From NCBI GenBank assembly GCA_016839515.1, contig JAEOUE010000121.1, positions 1 through 58,542 on the forward strand: a DNA stretch of 58,542 nt, written 5' to 3'. The stretch comes from Candidatus Hodarchaeum mangrovi. GTDB taxonomy: Archaea > Asgardarchaeota > Heimdallarchaeia > Hodarchaeales > Hodarchaeaceae. The position numbers were made by a program, and so were the translations under genes. The notes below the pieces were generated by a model that had not been told where the DNA came from, searched no databases, and worked only from the letters and a program-made list of their open reading frames with translations. How positions within the stretch are numbered: position 1 is the stretch's first letter; the number at the start of each line of letters is the position of its first letter. Of this stretch, positions 19,625 through 28,243 are shown one piece after another.

Positions 19625-20938
19625 ATGATGAATAAAAGAAAAATTAATTCAAGAATTACAGGATTTTTTAAAAAAAATGTAGAAGAAAGGCAAAAATTAA
19701 TGAAGGAACTATGTAATCTGAGTTCAGACGAATTACAATGTCTTAAAGATTCTACATCTATCCTAGACAAAGCAGGACATGGTCATTATATTGAAAATAC
19801 AATTGGAGTGATGCAAATCCCTTTAGGAATTGCAACAAACTTTACAATTAACAAAAAGGATTATTTAATTCCTATGGCGGTTGAAGAAGCTTCTGTAGTG
19901 GCAGCTGCCACAAATAGTGCAAAAGTGGCAAGAGAAAGCGGTGGGTTTTTTACAAGTAATACCGCACCTATAATGATTGGTCAAATTCAACTAACAGATA
20001 TTCCTGATCCTTTTAATGCACGAAATAAGCTTCTAGAAAAGGAAAAAGAGATAATTGAGATAGCCAATCTACAAGATCCTATACTCTTGAAATTTGGAGG
20101 AGGTTGTAAAGGAATTATGGTTAAAGTTCTTCCAGATACCCCACAGGGAGCTATGGTTATTCTAGAGCTGTTAGTTGATGTACGTGATGCAATGGGAGCT
20201 AATGCAGTTAATACAATGAATGAATCAGTTTCTATCTTAGCTCAGGAAATTACAGGAGGAAAAGCTCTCCTAAGAATAATATCAAATCTTGCTGATAAAC
20301 GAATAGTGCGTGCAAGAGCAATTTTTAAAAAGGATGATCTAGCGACAAAGGAATTTCGTGGAGAGGAAGTTGTTGATGGTATATTAAAAGCTTATGCGTT
20401 TGCAGAAGCTGATCCTTATCGCTGTGCAACACACAATAAAGGTATAATGAATGGTATCGATGCGGTTGCACTTGCTACAGCTCAAGATTGGAGAGCGATT
20501 GAAGCAGGTGCACATACTTATGCAGCTACAAAAATACCTGAAAAATATTCTTCATTAACAACATGGGAAAAAAATAATACGGGAGATCTTGTTGGTACAA
20601 TTGAGCTACCTTTAGCTGTAGGTTTAGTAGGAGGAGTTGCTCGTATTCATCCTATAGCTCAAATTTCCTTCAAAATCCTTAACCTTAGCATTCCTGGTGG
20701 TGCTCTGGAATTGGCTGAAATAATGGCTGCTGTTGGATTAGCACAGAATTTTGGGGCTTTAAGAGCATTAGCTACGGTTGGAATACAAACAGGCCATATG
20801 AAACTTCATGCAAGGAACTTAGCTGCCTCTTTAGGGGCTAAAGGAGAAATGATTGAAAAAATTCTTAGTTTAGTGGAAGAAAGAAATCTAAAAGTTACCT
20901 TTGATAATATAAAAGAAATCTATGAGGAATTAAAGTAA
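19625..20938 (+). CDS. mvaA: Hydroxymethylglutaryl-CoA reductase, class II
   Basis: IENTIG, PMAVEEASVVAA, DAMGANAVN, THNKGIMNGIDAV, GHMKLHARN. Confidence 0.95.
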   Translation: MMNKRKINSRITGFFKKNVEERQKLMKELCNLSSDELQCLKDSTSILDKAGHGHYIENTIGVMQIPLGIATNFTINKKDYLIPMAVEEASVVAAATNSAKVARESGGFFTSNTAPIMIGQIQLTDIPDPFNARNKLLEKEKEIIEIANLQDPILLKFGGGCKGIMVKVLPDTPQGAMVILELLVDVRDAMGANAVNTMNESVSILAQEITGGKALLRIISNLADKRIVRARAIFKKDDLATKEFRGEEVVDGILKAYAFAEADPYRCATHNKGIMNGIDAVALATAQDWRAIEAGAHTYAATKIPEKYSSLTTWEKNNTGDLVGTIELPLAVGLVGGVARIHPIAQISFKILNLSIPGGALELAEIMAAVGLAQNFGALRALATVGIQTGHMKLHARNLAASLGAKGEMIEKILSLVEERNLKVTFDNIKEIYEELK

Positions 20939-20955
20939 TTTAAATTTCCTTTTCA

Positions 20956-21642
20956 TTATTCTAATTCAAGAGGATATGTTGAATAAAGAGACTTATCATT
21001 GGTTTCCCTTAATATCCAAGAATCATGTTTCATTAGATTAATCTTGCATCCAATGTCAAGTTTCTTTAATAGATTAAATAAATTAACTAATATTCTACCA
21101 GTAGCTCCCCAAATAATTTCTTCTTGGAAATTAAAGAATGGAACATGAAATTTAATTCTGTTTTTATAGGTAACTTCCTTAAAAGAGAAATACTTAGGTT
21201 GGTTCAAAACATTTAGAGGTGCTTCTATAACATAATTTGTTTCTGCTAAATCAAAGCATTTTCGATCCAGTTCTTCGTTTGCTTGGATGAATCCTATCAC
21301 TGGAGTTACAACATATTTACTAATAGTGAAAATATCATCAATTATCCCAAGAATGTCGATTGTTTTTACTCCGATTTCTTCAAATGCTTCTCTTAAAGCC
21401 GTATCAACAAGATCTTTATCTTTATCGGGTTCATATCGTCCTCCTGGAAAAGAAATTTCGTTTTTATGATTAGTTACGATTTCTGTACGACGAATGAATA
21501 TAAGTTTCCATTCTTTATTTCTTAGAAAAAAAGGTACTAAAACCGAGGCTCGTTGAAACCCTTTAGGTAAATTAATAATAGTTCTGGTATAGCTTGAAAG
21601 TAAAAAATGTAATTTTTGAAGACATAATGGTCGTTGAATCAC
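20956..21642 (-). CDS. Nudix hydrolase, CoA pyrophosphatase (NudL/PCD1-like)
   Basis: ISFPGG, TALREAFEEIG Nudix box, VTPVIG, IWGATGRIL. Confidence 0.9.
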   Translation of the reverse strand: MIQRPLCLQKLHFLLSSYTRTIINLPKGFQRASVLVPFFLRNKEWKLIFIRRTEIVTNHKNEISFPGGRYEPDKDKDLVDTALREAFEEIGVKTIDILGIIDDIFTISKYVVTPVIGFIQANEELDRKCFDLAETNYVIEAPLNVLNQPKYFSFKEVTYKNRIKFHVPFFNFQEEIIWGATGRILVNLFNLLKKLDIGCKINLMKHDSWILRETNDKSLYSTYPLELE

Positions 21643-21744
21643 TTAATAACCTCATTACAATTATTAAAGGAATTTACGGTTTTATGTTTGTTTAGCTAGG
21701 TATTTAATAAATTTCCAGTGTTATTTTTTATGAGGATTCCCTAA

Positions 21745-22128
21745 GTGCCATTCATAAATATCTCCTTTGCTGAAGCTAAGAATTCCTTAGAAGATTCAAA
21801 TATAATACTTGAACTTCTGAAAAGTAAAAAAATTAATCCTAAGGAAGGAGATTTGTTAGAAAGGCTTGGTGAGTATTCTCGTAATCAATCAGAAGAAATT
21901 ATAAACGATATAAAAGAAATGTGTTATTTATATTTCGGTGAAGATGGAAAAGACGCATTTGAAAAACTTTCAAGATTTATTGAAAGTGAAAATAAACGTG
22001 TCTCTTGGGTTATTTTTTCAAGACACTACCAATCAGTAAAATATGATTATAGTGATCCACTGGCTAGCTACACACCAAGAATCACTGAAGTTCTCACAAT
22101 TAAATCAAAATATCGGCTAATTGAATAA
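21745..22128 (+). CDS. Hypothetical protein
   Basis: 127-aa ORF, GTG start after GAGG, first gene of a co-oriented trio. Confidence 0.6.
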   Translation: MPFINISFAEAKNSLEDSNIILELLKSKKINPKEGDLLERLGEYSRNQSEEIINDIKEMCYLYFGEDGKDAFEKLSRFIESENKRVSWVIFSRHYQSVKYDYSDPLASYTPRITEVLTIKSKYRLIE

Positions 22129-22144
22129 TTCGTTGGTCAATTAA

Positions 22145-23905
22145 ATGCTAAAAAATTCTAGATGTGACGAATTAGCAAAAAATGGATTAGCTGCAGCTAA
22201 AAATAACTTAGAATTAGCCGCAAGTATTTTGGAAGAAACAGCTAGCTGTTTTGATAGCTCTGGAAACAGAAAAAAAGCTGGACAATATTTAACTTTGGCT
22301 GGCGATTTCCATATGGATCTTAATGATCTAGAAAAAGCAGCTAGCTGTTATGGAAAGGCAATATTAAGATATTTAATGATTGAAGATTTCGATACAGCTC
22401 AATTATTACTCAAAAAAGGCAAAGAATATGGATTTACTTCTTCCTTTCATCAATTCAGTATTGCTCAAGATGCAATAGAGAGAAAATTTGCTACAACACA
22501 AGATAATCAACTAAAAAAAACTGATGAAAAAGAGGTGCAAGAAGAGGTATTTGACATTGATATCGTCCCACTTGAATCTGAACACACAATTGTATCTATA
22601 AAATTTGATGAAATTCATGAAAATGATGAAGTCATTCAAGATACAAAAGACTATATAATTCCTCAATTACAGGAAAGCAAAACTAAGTTAGATACTTTTA
22701 ATGTTATGACTGCTGTTTCTAAAGCGACAAGACAGAAGAAAAAGACAAATTTTCAAGCCAATGCAGTTTTTAGAGATAAAAAAGGGGAAACACGATTAAC
22801 GGAACCTTTTACGACTTTAAATCGTGGTAAAAGAACAAATAAGGAATTAAAAATTGTTGATCTTATCAATGAAGATAATATAGAGCTAGAAAAAGAGAAT
22901 GAACAATTTTTAATGGATTTTTCAGAACCAGATATATTAGACCTAAATTATACAGCACGAACTGAATTTATCAACGAATATGAAGAAGAATTAGCTGATA
23001 TTGAGCTTGTGGATACTATACCATTTCAATGGCAGGTTATTGATGTAAAATCAGACTTTAATCTAGAAACAAAAGAACCAACGCAAACTGGAATGGTTTT
23101 TACATGGAAAGCAGATAAAATCGACCCTGGTTCAAAGCTTGCAGTAGAATATGTCCTTAGAAAAAGAGTAGAAAGATCAATTCTATTAAGAAGAGAAACC
23201 CAAGTCTCGGTTATCACGACCTATCATTCTATAAAACAAGATTTACAAGCAAACCTAGATTTTGTGAATACAACGGGGAAAATCTATAATGAAATCTTAA
23301 TAGAAGATGTTATTCCTCCAGAACTAATTGTGACTGATTTTAAGTCATCTCAAAATCTCAAACCATATACAATTCCCACTCATGATTCCACATTATTTAG
23401 ATGGACCTTTAATACATTTAATCCTGGTGATAACTTTCAAATTTTATATAAATTCCGGGAAAAACCGATAACGAGACATTATATTGAGGAAATTATAACT
23501 AATACTGGTTTAATCAAAATAGAAAAAATTTCTCAACCTCTACATGACTCCATAACTTATGATTATATTTGGTATTATTCAATAAAGAACTCTTCTGATA
23601 ATAAATTCATCTTAACTGATCGAATACCACCGGAATTTGATATAGAATTAATAGATCCTATTTATCTAAAACCATCATTGAAAAAGGAAAAAAATCAAAA
23701 AATTCTCAAATGGAATTTTTTAGATAAAAAAGAACATCATTCGTTTATCATTTTGCGAATCAGAGGAAGTGAATCTTTTACTCCAGTTGGACCAACAATT
23801 ATTGTTCCAGGAAAAGAGGAACTCTTTTTATTAGAAAGAAATTCAATTTCAGAGAAGAAGCTTATAGATTTAAGAAAGTTGAAGAAAATAGAAGAGACAG
23901 AATAA
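22145..23905 (+). CDS. Alpha-SNAP-like TPR N-terminus, acidic linker, three Ig-like beta-sandwich repeats
   Basis: AASILEETASCF...KAGQYL.LAG...KAASCYGKA; repeats D.IP...W....PG....Y (DTIPFQW, DVIPPEL, DRIPPEF). No signal peptide. Confidence 0.6.
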   Translation: MLKNSRCDELAKNGLAAAKNNLELAASILEETASCFDSSGNRKKAGQYLTLAGDFHMDLNDLEKAASCYGKAILRYLMIEDFDTAQLLLKKGKEYGFTSSFHQFSIAQDAIERKFATTQDNQLKKTDEKEVQEEVFDIDIVPLESEHTIVSIKFDEIHENDEVIQDTKDYIIPQLQESKTKLDTFNVMTAVSKATRQKKKTNFQANAVFRDKKGETRLTEPFTTLNRGKRTNKELKIVDLINEDNIELEKENEQFLMDFSEPDILDLNYTARTEFINEYEEELADIELVDTIPFQWQVIDVKSDFNLETKEPTQTGMVFTWKADKIDPGSKLAVEYVLRKRVERSILLRRETQVSVITTYHSIKQDLQANLDFVNTTGKIYNEILIEDVIPPELIVTDFKSSQNLKPYTIPTHDSTLFRWTFNTFNPGDNFQILYKFREKPITRHYIEEIITNTGLIKIEKISQPLHDSITYDYIWYYSIKNSSDNKFILTDRIPPEFDIELIDPIYLKPSLKKEKNQKILKWNFLDKKEHHSFIILRIRGSESFTPVGPTIIVPGKEELFLLERNSISEKKLIDLRKLKKIEETE

Positions 23906-25848
23906 TGATTGATCCTTTAAACTTAGGTGTGAGCATTCTCGCAGTTAGATGGGATGATATTACTGGTCCGTCAATAATTTCTCTTTTTCCTCCTACTGAA
24001 CTTGTTGATCCCGAGTCTATCGCCCTTCAAATATATCTTGCATCAGTTACAGTATTTGGTCAACATGGTCAATCTCAAAGAACAGAATTTTCCGTTCCTA
24101 TGTTAAGCTTAGGACATGGAGTTACAGCTAGAGTAGCTTTTGATGCGTGGCCAGATCAAAACCTTCGTGGAAAGGAACGACCATTCTTTTTAGCTTTCAT
24201 CCTTGAACAAGAGACTGAAAAATATCTTCATGAACATCTGGATCTCTTCATATTTAATTATCTTGATATTTTAAAAATTAAGGAAGATGAATTTAATTCT
24301 CAAGAAATTTGGAATAAACTTATTGAGACTTTTACTACTCATGAAGATAAGAAATATACTAAATTAGATGAAAACAACCTCAATATTGAGTATTCAATTC
24401 CTCGTGCAACTCAAGATGTTGATTTAGCCTATCATGCTTGGACAAAGACACACGACCGTAATCAATTATGGACCGCTTTAAAGGCAGCAAATAGACTAGA
24501 GCACGTAAATGATAACAAGGCGGGGGAGGCATTTAAGCTTGCAGGACATATATTCTTTGAGGGAAGAAACTATCACGACGCAAAAGATGCATATGAAAAA
24601 GGATCAAATGCATTTGCTAGAGCAAGAACTTTCGAAATGGCTGGAGAATGTTCTGCGTTAGCAGGAAGATGTGCTTATCTCCTTCAAGAATATCAAAAGG
24701 CTATAGAACTATTACAAGCGGGATCTTTATGGATCAATGATTCGAGTAATACCGCAGCTCTAAACTATGACATGGGTATAGTTCTTCACGAGCAAAATCG
24801 ATTTGAAGAAGCATATTCCTGTTTTGAAAAGGCAATTAAGCTTATTTCTGAACTGGACGCTTTAAATGCAGCAAAATATTCAGCTACATTTGCCAGTAAA
24901 TTGTTCATTCACTCTGAAACGGAAAAAAAAGAGAATATTGACTATTCCTTAAGTTTATTAAGAAGATCAGCAGCTCAAAGAGAAAAAGTAGCTAAATTTC
25001 TACTCAAAATTGATGGAAAGATAAAAAATGCTGCTAGCTCTTTAATTCTAGCAACATCATCTTATTTTGCTTTAGGGGAATATAATAAAGCTATTGAGCT
25101 TCTTGAAGAATCAACTCGTCTTTTTATAGAGATTGAAGATTATACTTCTGCTTCAAAATCATTATATGAAGGTGCAAGAGCTGTAAAAAATGATTTAGAA
25201 AGTTCTTTAAGATTGTTAAATCAAGCCACGAGTTTGGTTAATAAAATGGAGGAAGGAATTCATAAATTCAGACTATTAGGGTCAATATTTTTTGAGATTG
25301 GACAAATTGAGAGAAAAAAAAATAGAACTCTTCCTGCTTTCAATGCTTTCAAATCTGCTCTAGAGAACTTAAAAAAATCATCTGCTGCAGAAGTAGACTT
25401 AATCCCTGTTCACATCCAAATTGCTAATTATTATTTTGCCTTTGAAGAATTTGAAGAAGCAGCAAGATTTTTCTTAGAAGCGAACGAATTGTTAAAATCA
25501 TTACCTGAAGATCAGATACAAAATTTCCAGCAAGAAAAAGTAATTCTAAACGCGGCAATAAGTTTAAGGAGAGCAAGTAATGCTTATCATTATGCTGCAT
25601 TCATTGTACTCAAAACAGGGGATGAATTAAAATCAATTGACCTTTTTACTCGTTCAATTGCATTATTACTTGAATGGAGAGAATTAGCCATTCATAAATC
25701 TCCTGAAGAAGTAATTAAAGTATTTAATGATAGAATTTCAGTACTTTCGATAAAAAAAGACTTTTTATTACTCGCTGAATCAAAATATAAAGTTGAAACA
25801 TTGATAAATAGCTTAAAGATTGCCCAGGTATTAACTGACGAAAATTAA
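23905..25848 (+). CDS. Longin/uDENN-like N-terminal domain plus long SNAP/TPR alpha-solenoid
   Basis: N-terminal LAVRWDDITGPSIISLFP; many TPR-like repeats; start overlaps the upstream stop (TAATG). Confidence 0.65.
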   Translation: MIDPLNLGVSILAVRWDDITGPSIISLFPPTELVDPESIALQIYLASVTVFGQHGQSQRTEFSVPMLSLGHGVTARVAFDAWPDQNLRGKERPFFLAFILEQETEKYLHEHLDLFIFNYLDILKIKEDEFNSQEIWNKLIETFTTHEDKKYTKLDENNLNIEYSIPRATQDVDLAYHAWTKTHDRNQLWTALKAANRLEHVNDNKAGEAFKLAGHIFFEGRNYHDAKDAYEKGSNAFARARTFEMAGECSALAGRCAYLLQEYQKAIELLQAGSLWINDSSNTAALNYDMGIVLHEQNRFEEAYSCFEKAIKLISELDALNAAKYSATFASKLFIHSETEKKENIDYSLSLLRRSAAQREKVAKFLLKIDGKIKNAASSLILATSSYFALGEYNKAIELLEESTRLFIEIEDYTSASKSLYEGARAVKNDLESSLRLLNQATSLVNKMEEGIHKFRLLGSIFFEIGQIERKKNRTLPAFNAFKSALENLKKSSAAEVDLIPVHIQIANYYFAFEEFEEAARFFLEANELLKSLPEDQIQNFQQEKVILNAAISLRRASNAYHYAAFIVLKTGDELKSIDLFTRSIALLLEWRELAIHKSPEEVIKVFNDRISVLSIKKDFLLLAESKYKVETLINSLKIAQVLTDEN

Positions 25849-25869
25849 GTGGTTATTAACAGAATTATT

Positions 25870-28029
25870 CTATAAATATTCCTTTTGTTCTTTAATTTTG
25901 TATAATTTATCTAAGAGCTGAGATTTTCTTTCCTCTAATCTTGTAACTATCTCTGTATGTTTATTTTCAGAGATTTGCATTGATAGAAATTTATCATCAG
26001 CCTCATTAATTAATGATTCAACCTGATATATTTCTTTTTCAATATCTTCAATCGCTATCTTTTTATTATCCTGAACCGTTCCAATTACTATTTTTTTACC
26101 AACTACTAATGTTTTACTTTCATCGATTTTTGGCCTAGACCGAAGAGGTTTAGGAGGAGGAGGAGGAGAAGGAGGAGGAAGAATTTTACTAGGTTGTAAT
26201 TGTTCTGCAGAACTATCATTGAGCAAGCTATCTTCTCCAACTAGGAATCCTAGTCGCTCTCCTTTTGATTCAGTTAATAGAAGTTGAGGATTAGTCTCAA
26301 ATAATCTCTCCAATCGGGCCGTAAATAATTGATTAAATTTAGAGTGATCGGTAATGATTTTCTCACGAAATTCAGCTAAATCAATTTTTTCTCCATCCTG
26401 AATGTCGATTCCAAAAACTCTTACCATTTCACCTTTTGGTGTGTCTATTACTGAAACAACAGGAGTTTGTACAAATGTATAATCTCCTTTCTCTATTACG
26501 GTTACAATTCCTCCTAATATTTGTACATACGTACCTATTTCTTTTATTTCAATCACTTTAACTACTCCACCTAAAATATTAACCAATTCAAATTGTTTCG
26601 ACTCGAAAACCTGTATACCAGGTAAACGAACTGAAGTATAATCCTTGGTCTCAGTTATAGCATATTTAGAAGGGGTAGGATCAAAAAAGGAGTTAAATAT
26701 ACCTTGGGGCCCTTTCCAATTTTTAAGAGTATTAAACGCGCTTTCTGCTTTAGCTGAAAGTTCATTCTTCGTGTTGATTCCTACTTGCAAAAGTTCAGAT
26801 TCAGATATAGTTGATAAATTTTTTATAGTGAGCTGATTTTTAATTTTAGCCCACTCTTCGGGATTTAACCAAATAGTTGTAGTACCATCAATTTCCTTTG
26901 CTTCGTGCTTGTTTGAATCATCTGTTGTCTCCATTTCAGACTTTCCGACTAAAACAAGAGCTGTTCCCTTATCAGTAACTGTCGGAATAGCTATTGCTCC
27001 TTTATTTGCCTTAAGTATTGTCTTTCCTTTATCAAGTAAAGTAACTTTATCATCTGATATGGTATAAATCGTTTCAGGCTTTTGAAAAGATGTTTGCTGA
27101 ATTGTTTTAACAAAATTGTGGACTCGCGATCCTAAATCGCTATTGGGATCGAAACTGCCCCCTGATAAGGAACCTAAGAAATTTTTTACTCCGTTTTGTT
27201 CTTTAGGAGCAAAGATAAAGACAAAACCAAGGATTAAACTAATCACAGCTATATAAGAAAAGAAACTCTGATTTTCTGGTTGAATCCACCCTAGTACATT
27301 TAGAATAATGATAATAATCCCACTTATAAGAAAAACATCTCTTACTCTCTCTCCTGGAGACTGGAATGCTTGGTATTGTTCAAGAATTGTTTCAGCAGAA
27401 ATTTTAACCTTTTTTCGAGAAATTGGTAAAAAACTACTGAAAACATATAAAATATAAGCGATGAACAAAACTATGTCAAAATTAAATGGGATATTAGTTG
27501 GAGGTATAAAAATGTTTAATCCTTTGAAGATAAAAATAATTATAAGAGCTTTCCAAAATGACCTTAAGATCTGACTTAAGTAATAGAAATATCCCAAATT
27601 TAATGATTCAAGTGAAAAAGATTTTAAAATAACAACAAAAGGTATAATAAAACAGATAATAAACCGTTCAATTTCTGCATATGTAAGAATAAATAGATTA
27701 TCAAATTCAGAGAATATTGGTGTTTGGGGAGAGGTTAATTGAATAAATATAAAAAAAATTACGAGTTTAATTGCTCGATTCATCATACTAGCCGAAGATT
27801 TTTCAGGTTTCCAAAGCATCATATAAATTGGTGTAAAGAAAAAAATCGTTAACACTACAAAAAATAAAGTTGAGCGTATATATGAATTAAAAGCAAAGAG
27901 CCACCATAGAATTAAAAATAGAGTATAAATTAAATCAAGGAAAGTACGCGGTTTCATGAATTTTTCAGTTTGATCTAAAGCTATACTCTCAAGAGAACGA
28001 AAATTAGGAAATAAACCTTGATTTGTCAC
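25870..28029 (-). CDS. Polytopic membrane protein with soluble beta-hairpin repeats, polyproline tract and C-terminal coiled coil
   Basis: About 8 hydrophobic segments in aa 25-275; repeats V.ILGG.V.VIE; PPPSPPPPPKP. Confidence 0.7.
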   Translation of the reverse strand: MTNQGLFPNFRSLESIALDQTEKFMKPRTFLDLIYTLFLILWWLFAFNSYIRSTLFFVVLTIFFFTPIYMMLWKPEKSSASMMNRAIKLVIFFIFIQLTSPQTPIFSEFDNLFILTYAEIERFIICFIIPFVVILKSFSLESLNLGYFYYLSQILRSFWKALIIIFIFKGLNIFIPPTNIPFNFDIVLFIAYILYVFSSFLPISRKKVKISAETILEQYQAFQSPGERVRDVFLISGIIIIILNVLGWIQPENQSFFSYIAVISLILGFVFIFAPKEQNGVKNFLGSLSGGSFDPNSDLGSRVHNFVKTIQQTSFQKPETIYTISDDKVTLLDKGKTILKANKGAIAIPTVTDKGTALVLVGKSEMETTDDSNKHEAKEIDGTTTIWLNPEEWAKIKNQLTIKNLSTISESELLQVGINTKNELSAKAESAFNTLKNWKGPQGIFNSFFDPTPSKYAITETKDYTSVRLPGIQVFESKQFELVNILGGVVKVIEIKEIGTYVQILGGIVTVIEKGDYTFVQTPVVSVIDTPKGEMVRVFGIDIQDGEKIDLAEFREKIITDHSKFNQLFTARLERLFETNPQLLLTESKGERLGFLVGEDSLLNDSSAEQLQPSKILPPPSPPPPPKPLRSRPKIDESKTLVVGKKIVIGTVQDNKKIAIEDIEKEIYQVESLINEADDKFLSMQISENKHTEIVTRLEERKSQLLDKLYKIKEQKEYL

Positions 28030-28243
28030 TTTAAGTGCTTCCTTTTAAAATAGTATTATTAGATCACTTCTTGAATTATTATGACCTCTTTTGAGGAATT
28101 ATCTGAGATTTCAAGGTGAAATTTAACAATATTAGGTGTGATTTTTGTAAATTCCTATCCATTTAATAATAGATAGTACTTGTAATTTTCTTACATTTTT
28201 TTGTAAAGATGTTTTTATGGTTATCTATTACGGTAGGGAAATA

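Noticed and set aside
26145-26180. (GGA)n microsatellite-like run
   Set aside because: It is the reverse complement of CCT Pro codons in the polyproline tract, not an independent repeat.
28055-28165. Short minus-strand ORF (about 34 aa, MDRNLQKSH...) between polB and the membrane protein
   Set aside because: Too short, no motif, expected by chance.
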